This document shows, one piece after another, positions 58,240-64,000 of a stretch of DNA of 64,000 nucleotides. The translations under genes and the position numbers were made by a program. Position 1 is the stretch's first letter. Every line of letters begins with the position of its first letter. Below the pieces are notes generated by a model. The model saw only the letters and a list, made by a program, of their open reading frames with translations, did not search any database and was not told the DNA's origin. The stretch comes from Gemmatimonadota bacterium. GTDB taxonomy: Bacteria; Gemmatimonadota; Gemmatimonadetes; Longimicrobiales; Gaopeijiaceae. The DNA is taken from the NCBI GenBank assembly GCA_034521595.1, contig JAXHMG010000003.1, positions 384,001 to 448,000 of the forward strand, written 5' to 3'.

Positions 58240-58512
58240 ATGCAGCAGGCACCTCGGACTCCCGCTACGCCCACCGATGAGGAGCTCGATCGCTACATTC
58301 GCACGCGATACGCGCTCCTCGGCATCGATATCTCCGTCCTTCCCGAATCCGATCCGGATGCGCCGATGGATCAGGAGCGGTTGTTGGCGAACGGGCGTTC
58401 GATCCTTCGTCAGGACGTCGAGGCGGCGGACTTTCCCATCGATCCTCAGCTTCACCTTCCACAGCCGCATCCGGCGCCGTTCACCGCCTGGACGGACGGA
58501 GAGGCGGAATGA
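58240..58512 (+). CDS. Small protein coupled to the amidase (possible accessory subunit)
   Basis: About 90 aa, acidic; ATGA overlap with the amidase. Confidence 0.6.
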   Translation: MQQAPRTPATPTDEELDRYIRTRYALLGIDISVLPESDPDAPMDQERLLANGRSILRQDVEAADFPIDPQLHLPQPHPAPFTAWTDGEAE

Positions 58513-60119
58513 GCGGGGCAGGCGGGACCCGGCCGGCCGGGTCGACCGGTAAGGACACGAACCCGGAAGGGCCCCAGCCCCTCGATGAGCAGGTCTCTCG
58601 GCGGTGGTTCCTGAGCCGGATGGCTTGGGTCTCCTCCGCGGCTGCGGCGGGCACGCTCTTCGCTCGTAGACCGGGGGTCGCGAGCCCGCGGGGGCCGGTG
58701 GTGACGGACGAGGCGTTCGAAGGGTCGGTGCGCTTGCAGGACGTGGGCGAGCTCACCGAGCTAACGCTCTCCGAAGCGATGACGCTCGTGCGAAACGGGA
58801 CGTTGTCGCCGGTGGATCTCGTAGAGGCCTACGTGGACCGGATCGACGCCTACGATGAGGCCTTCTACCAGGCATACGCCGCTCGACCGGATCGCGAGGA
58901 GGTGCTGGCACGGGCGGAGCGGATCCCCTCGGGAGGACGGGACGCACCGCTTCGCGGCATCGGCATCGCGCCGAAGGACAACTACTATACGGCCGATCTC
59001 CTCACCGAGGGGGGCTCGCTGGTGTTCGAGGGCTTTCAGCCGGACTACGACGCCACGGTCATCTCGCATTTCCGCTCGGCCGGGGCGGTGGTGTTGGGGA
59101 AAGCCCAGATGGGGAACCTCGCGGGTGGACGGGCGCGTCGGTATGGCACGACGACGCCGACGACCCGGAATGCATGGGTTCCCGACGACGTGCGTTATTC
59201 TCCGGGAGGCTCCTCGTCCGGAACGGCCACGGCCATAGCCGGACGTCTCGCGCTCGCGGGTGTGGGGACGCAGACGGGTGGATCCGTCATCGGGCCCGGG
59301 AACGCACAGGGGCTCACCTGCATCAAGCCCACGTTCGGTCGCATCTCGCTGCACGGCATCATCCCGTTGAGCTACACCCGGGACCATGTCGGGCCCATGG
59401 CCCGAAACGCGAAGGATGCCGCGATCGTGTTGCAGACGCTCGCTCAGCCCGATCCGCTGGATCCACGCACGCTGGGGTTGCCCCGTCCGCCCAACTACGC
59501 GCTGGCGGCCTCGCCGTTCGGAGGTGACCGGCCCCGGGTGCGTTGGCCGACACGGGTGGGCGTATGGCCCGACTATCTGTCTTCGGACGACGAGCGCACG
59601 AACGAGCTCCGGCGCGATCTGGTGGAGTACCTCGACGGCACGCCCGGCGTGACGGTCGTGCCGGACGTGACGCTTCCGGACGACTTCGAGACGCTTACTT
59701 CGAGCCCGCTGGGCGGCTCCCACGGGGACCCGACCGCGTTCTTCATCCAGCATCTGCGGCGCGACGTTCGCCTGTTCGCCGACCGGCTTCCTCGCTTCCT
59801 CAATGGCATGCTTCAGAGCGCCGATACGTACGTCAAAGTCCAACAGGCGCGGCAGCTGCTCCTCGACCGCTTGATCAGCCAGCTCTTCAACCAGTGCGAT
59901 GTGGTGCTCACGGCTTCGACCGGTGCGTTCGACGGGACCGGTCTCCCGCTCATGTGCTTTCCCATCGGATTCGACACGGACGACGAGACGGGGCGCCGGG
60001 TGCCCCGCGGCGCCGTTTTGGCGGGCGCACCTTTCGCCGAGGAACGGCTCTTGGCGGTCGTCGCGGCGTATCAGGCGGCCACCGATTTCCATGCTCAACG
60101 GCCCGAGGACCCCGCATGA
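58509..60119 (+). CDS. Amidase-signature enzyme with a Tat-like signal
   Basis: SRRWFL; PKDNY, PGGSSSG, GTQTGGSV, KPTFGRIS. Confidence 0.9.
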   Translation: MSGAGGTRPAGSTGKDTNPEGPQPLDEQVSRRWFLSRMAWVSSAAAAGTLFARRPGVASPRGPVVTDEAFEGSVRLQDVGELTELTLSEAMTLVRNGTLSPVDLVEAYVDRIDAYDEAFYQAYAARPDREEVLARAERIPSGGRDAPLRGIGIAPKDNYYTADLLTEGGSLVFEGFQPDYDATVISHFRSAGAVVLGKAQMGNLAGGRARRYGTTTPTTRNAWVPDDVRYSPGGSSSGTATAIAGRLALAGVGTQTGGSVIGPGNAQGLTCIKPTFGRISLHGIIPLSYTRDHVGPMARNAKDAAIVLQTLAQPDPLDPRTLGLPRPPNYALAASPFGGDRPRVRWPTRVGVWPDYLSSDDERTNELRRDLVEYLDGTPGVTVVPDVTLPDDFETLTSSPLGGSHGDPTAFFIQHLRRDVRLFADRLPRFLNGMLQSADTYVKVQQARQLLLDRLISQLFNQCDVVLTASTGAFDGTGLPLMCFPIGFDTDDETGRRVPRGAVLAGAPFAEERLLAVVAAYQAATDFHAQRPEDPA

Positions 60120-60182
60120 CTTCGTCCGCCACTGGCCCTTTTTAGCGAGCGCGCCGGGAGCACGCCGCTCCGTCCGGCGGGC

Positions 60183-62621
60183 TCAGGCCGTCGTCGCCTC
60201 GCCGAGAACCGTAGCGACCCGCTCCCGGAGCTCGGCGGACCGGAAGGGCTTCTGGAGGAAGCCCGCCACGCTCTCCTCCGGAGGTACGGCTTCGCCCGAG
60301 TAGCCGCTGGCCAGGAGCACCGGAATGCCGTAACCCCGATCCTTCATCTCCGAGAGCGTGGAAAGCCCGTCCCGATGCGGCATGGTGAGATCGAGGACGA
60401 TGAGATCGACTTCGTCGTGCCGCTCCGCGAGCAGCTCGAGCGCGGCATCGCCGTGCGCTGCCTCGATGACTTCGTGGCCGTCCCGTCTGAGCATGCGGGC
60501 TACCGTCTCCCGAACCACCGATTCGTCGTCCACCACGAGGATGTTCGCGGGACCGTTCCCGGACACGCGCCGCGGGGAGGCCCGCGTGTCCACGGCCTTG
60601 CTCGAGCGTTCGGACTGCGGGAGCGCGATCTGGAACCGCGTGCCCAGCCCGGCTTCGGTCTCCACTATGAGCGCGCCCTTGTGGCTCTTGAGCATCCCGA
60701 GCACCGCCGATAGCCCGAGGCCTCGTCCCGTGCCCTTCGAGGAGTAGAACGGATCGAAGATCTGACCGACGGTCTCGGGGTCCATTCCGATGCCGTCGTC
60801 CTCTACTTCCACGATGGCGTAGTCGGTTTCCGGCAACCCCTGGGCACCGTAAGCGCGTCCGAGCCAGCGCCCGTCGCAGAACCGGGAGCCGACCCGGACG
60901 ACCACTCGTCCGGATCCGTTGCTCTCGAGCACGGCTTCGGACGCGTTCGTCACGAGGTTGAAGATGACCTGCCGAATCTGGACCTCGTCGGCGATCGCCA
61001 TCACCGGGTCGTCGGGGGTCTCGAACTCCAGGTCGACGTGCTTGCCGACCGAAAGGGCCATGAACTGACGCATGTCCCGGGTACAGGAGGCCAGGTCGAG
61101 CGGGGAGAGCATCGCGGTCGTCTTCCCCGCATAGGTGAGGAGCTGTCCGCAGAGACCCGCTGCATGCTGCGCGGCCTGGATGATTCCCTCGGCGTCGTCG
61201 CGTCCCTCGTCGTCCAATTCGGGCTGCGCCAGGAGGAGCTCGGCGTAACCCATGATGCCGGCGAGGATGTTGTTGAAGTCGTGCGCGACCCCTCCCGCGA
61301 GCACGCCCAGGCCTTCCAACTTCTGGCTGTGGAGGATCTGCTCGTGTAGGCGACGGCGTTCCTCTTCGGATTCGACGCGCTGTGTGATGTCACGAGTGGT
61401 CCATACGCGTCCCCCGCGGTCGGTGGAGCCGACCAAAGGCACGGACTCCGCCTCGAGGATCCGTCCGTCGTCCAGCCGCACTTCACCGGTGATCTTCGCC
61501 TCTTGACCGACGTCGGGGTCGAGGACCGTGGGACATGTCACGGGCCCGTCGTCCCCCGTCGGCCGCAGGCTTCGCAGAAAGGTGCCGACGTGGGCGTCAG
61601 GTGCGGGCGGGTCGGCGGGCTCCCGGCCGACGAGCTTCAGGAACGACGAGTTCACGTCCGTGACCCGCCCTACGTCGTCGGCCACCAAGATGCCTTCACT
61701 GGTGGCTTCCAGCACCGCCCGAAGACGCTGCTCTCCTCGCTGAACCTCGCGTTCCGCGAGCGTCCGTTCTCGCACGGCCGCCGTCGCGATGACCGTGGCC
61801 ACGATGGTGACACTCGCGAAGCTCCATGTCAGGAACAGGGCTTCGTTCGCGGTCCCGAACGAGAAGGGACCGCGAAGCACGAGCGCGCCCCCGATCGCCA
61901 GAACGGTGACCAGGAAGGCTCCACCCGTCGCCACGAGCGCATCGCTCCGCACGCCGGCGAGCAATAGCAGCGGGAACGGCAGGAAGAAAAGCTCGGCTCG
62001 GAGGCTGGTCGGTGGAGCCGAGAACGAAATCCAGGCCGTGATGCCGATGGCCGCCAGGAGCGCGGCGGTTTCACGCCGCGTGGCTCGGGTCAACTCTCCG
62101 TCACGGGCCCGCACGCTCAAGGCGAACGGGACGACGACGAGAATGCCCATCCCGTGCGTGAGCCACCACATCAGCCAGATTCTTCCGAAGGCTGCCGGTG
62201 GTGCCCCTCCGGTCACCACCAGCGAGGTCACGCTCAGCAACGCCGTTACCGCGGCGGCGACGCCGCATGCGAGAGCCACCAAGAGCATCACGTCTCGGAC
62301 GGTGCCGAATCTGGAGTTGAATCCGGTCTTTCGCAGCAGGAACAGGGCCAGCCAGATCTCGCCGGCGTTGGCGACTCCCGTGGCGAGCGCGTGCGTCCAC
62401 GGTGATCCGTCCGACAGGGTCGCCAGGATTGCGCCTGCAGCGACGCCCGGCCAGACGGGGAACGGGACCTGGAGCGCTACGGCCAGCGCGATCCCCGAAC
62501 CGATCCAGAGCATGCTGCTCAGGTTCGGCCCCCCGATCTGTGGGAAGGACAGCGTGGCCGCGCCGGCCGCCGCATAGGCGGCGGCCAGCGCCACGTTCGT
62601 GAGGACGGCCCGGACGTTCAT
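60183..62621 (-). CDS. Hybrid sensor kinase MASE1-PAS-HisKA-HATPase-REC
   Basis: MASE1 TM region; LAGGVAHDFNN, NLVTNA, DDGIGM, GRGLGL; LVVDDE, DLTMP, FLQKPF. Confidence 0.92.
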   Translation of the reverse strand: MNVRAVLTNVALAAAYAAAGAATLSFPQIGGPNLSSMLWIGSGIALAVALQVPFPVWPGVAAGAILATLSDGSPWTHALATGVANAGEIWLALFLLRKTGFNSRFGTVRDVMLLVALACGVAAAVTALLSVTSLVVTGGAPPAAFGRIWLMWWLTHGMGILVVVPFALSVRARDGELTRATRRETAALLAAIGITAWISFSAPPTSLRAELFFLPFPLLLLAGVRSDALVATGGAFLVTVLAIGGALVLRGPFSFGTANEALFLTWSFASVTIVATVIATAAVRERTLAEREVQRGEQRLRAVLEATSEGILVADDVGRVTDVNSSFLKLVGREPADPPAPDAHVGTFLRSLRPTGDDGPVTCPTVLDPDVGQEAKITGEVRLDDGRILEAESVPLVGSTDRGGRVWTTRDITQRVESEEERRRLHEQILHSQKLEGLGVLAGGVAHDFNNILAGIMGYAELLLAQPELDDEGRDDAEGIIQAAQHAAGLCGQLLTYAGKTTAMLSPLDLASCTRDMRQFMALSVGKHVDLEFETPDDPVMAIADEVQIRQVIFNLVTNASEAVLESNGSGRVVVRVGSRFCDGRWLGRAYGAQGLPETDYAIVEVEDDGIGMDPETVGQIFDPFYSSKGTGRGLGLSAVLGMLKSHKGALIVETEAGLGTRFQIALPQSERSSKAVDTRASPRRVSGNGPANILVVDDESVVRETVARMLRRDGHEVIEAAHGDAALELLAERHDEVDLIVLDLTMPHRDGLSTLSEMKDRGYGIPVLLASGYSGEAVPPEESVAGFLQKPFRSAELRERVATVLGEATTA

Positions 62622-62803
62622 CTGCGGCTCGTGGATCGCTGCGGGGGTGGGTGGGACGCTATGGGCAAGCAGGCTATCGTCGGTCCGCTCCTCGGAGAAA
62701 GCCGGCCGGCCTGACAATGCCGAGCTACGGTGGCCCGTTAGGTTGGGCCCCACGACCTTGTAGCGCCACCCGGAACGGAGATCGAGACAGGAATGAACCG
62801 TCC

Positions 62804-64000
62804 GTGACGTCGAGAACCACAGAGCACGCCCTCGCGGAGTACAGGGAGCGATGGAACCGCCACGAGGCCACGCGGGCCGCCGCCGCCGATTGGTCTCGCC
62901 GGCTGTCGAGCCTGCGCGGAGCTACCTTTCTCGTGGCGGTGGCCGCGCTCATCGCGTTCGATTTCTTCGACGGTGCCGGGGAGATCGCGGCCCTCGCCGC
63001 TTTGGCCGCCACGGTCGTCGCGTTCGTGGGACAGGTGGTCGTCCACCGGAGGATCGGACGCCGTGAGCGTTGGTCGGCAGCGCTCGCCGGGGTGGCACGA
63101 GAAGGCGTGTTACGTCTCGAACGGCGATGGGAGGACCTCGAGGCGGCCCTTCCGGAAGCGGAGCGTGTCCCCGTACCCGTGCCTCACGATCATCCGTACG
63201 CGTCCGATCTCGACGTAGCAGGTCGGGCCTCTCTCTTTCGGCTTCTCGGACCGGTCACGTCCAAGCGAGGGCGGGACACCTTGGCAACGTGGCTTCTCCA
63301 CACGGGGTCGTGCCCGGAAGCACGGCAGCGGCAGGACTCCGTTCGCGAGCTCGCGCCGCATGCCGAGCTGAGGGCCGAAGTCACCGCTCACGGCCGACTC
63401 GAAGCTCCGGACACGCTCGGGAGCCTGGAGCCGTTTCTGACCTGGGCGGAAGCCGAGCCGGTCATGCTCCGACATCCGGTTCTGCGTTGGGCTGGATTCG
63501 TGTTGCCGGTAGCTCTCCTGTCTACCGTCCTCCTTGATGTCACGCTCGCGGCCGGACCCTGGTGGCTCCTTCCGGCTGCCCTGCAGCTCTGGGTCGTGCG
63601 GAGGGCACGGCCCCTCGTGGGGCCGTCGTTCACGCCTACGGCGCCCGCTGCAGCACCGCTCCGTGCCCTGGTGCCTCAGCTTCGCGTCTTGGATCGGACA
63701 TCCTGGGAGAGTGCGGAGCTCAGGCGCGTGCGGGATGCGCTCGGATACGGACCCGACGCTGCCCATCGCGGCCTCGGCCGACTCACCCGTATCTTGGACA
63801 CCGTCGAGAGCCGGCACAATCTCGTCTACGCTGCCTTGGCTCCCGTGCTCCTCCTCGACCTGCACGTGGGGTGGGCTCTCGACCGGTGGCGGGCGCGGCA
63901 CGGTCCGCAGGTTCGGCGCTGGCTCGACGCGGCCGCCGAGTGGGAAGCCGTTTCCGCGCTGGGGACCCTCGCCCACGATCATCCCCGATGGGCCTTCCCG
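62804..64000 (+). CDS. MutS-related protein with N-terminal TM segments (truncated by the window edge)
   Basis: Not in the ORF track. Manual translation from GTG 62804 includes HPYASDLDVAGRASLFRLL...RQRQDSVRELA...WEAVSALG...HPRWAFP; open to the end. Confidence 0.75.
   Translation, partial: MTSRTTEHALAEYRERWNRHEATRAAAADWSRRLSSLRGATFLVAVAALIAFDFFDGAGEIAALAALAATVVAFVGQVVVHRRIGRRERWSAALAGVAREGVLRLERRWEDLEAALPEAERVPVPVPHDHPYASDLDVAGRASLFRLLGPVTSKRGRDTLATWLLHTGSCPEARQRQDSVRELAPHAELRAEVTAHGRLEAPDTLGSLEPFLTWAEAEPVMLRHPVLRWAGFVLPVALLSTVLLDVTLAAGPWWLLPAALQLWVVRRARPLVGPSFTPTAPAAAPLRALVPQLRVLDRTSWESAELRRVRDALGYGPDAAHRGLGRLTRILDTVESRHNLVYAALAPVLLLDLHVGWALDRWRARHGPQVRRWLDAAAEWEAVSALGTLAHDHPRWAFP

Overview
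GC-rich bacterial genomic DNA, densely coding. The gene content (SusC/SusD pair, DUF1592-DUF1552-ankyrin trio, many acidic exported proteins, three cation/H+ antiporters) suggests a Gemmatimonadota-like organism from a saline habitat; this is an inference. I found no rRNA, tRNA, CRISPR array or transposase. Main blocks: (1) 1-3.7 kb, a lipid-modification run: acyl-ACP desaturase, thioesterase, and a membrane protein running off the edge whose downstream part resembles heme-peroxidase/oxygenase N-termini. (2) 5.8-24.5 kb, a redox/thiol-stress island. It contains an AhpD-like peroxidase with an in-frame TGA in a CxxU motif plus a SECIS-like hairpin, a TonB receptor with a YnjBCD-like ABC transporter, a Tat cupredoxin, a degenerate 'pseudo' ECF sigma with a membrane ZAS anti-sigma, AhpD(CxxC) with a TetR, a SigR/SigH-like ECF with a soluble ZAS anti-sigma, and two DUF3179 paralogs. 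Six of these transcription units carry the same GAAC-N18-GTT promoter motif, which points to a clustered ECF regulon. (3) 24.5-36.4 kb, a serine hydrolase, LAL/STAND-LuxR regulator, SWIM protein, GGT, methyltransferase and tandem CPA2 antiporters, followed by an 86-bp REP-like tandem repeat. (4) 36.7-60 kb, an Arg/Orn/Pro catabolic neighbourhood (OCD, P5CDH, SusCD, creatininase, ProDH, frameshifted YjiH transporter, aminotransferase, dehydratase, agmatinase, amidase) interrupted by the DUF1592/DUF1552/ankyrin trio. (5) A MASE1 hybrid kinase and a truncated MutS-related gene. All family calls come from motif recognition, not database searches.
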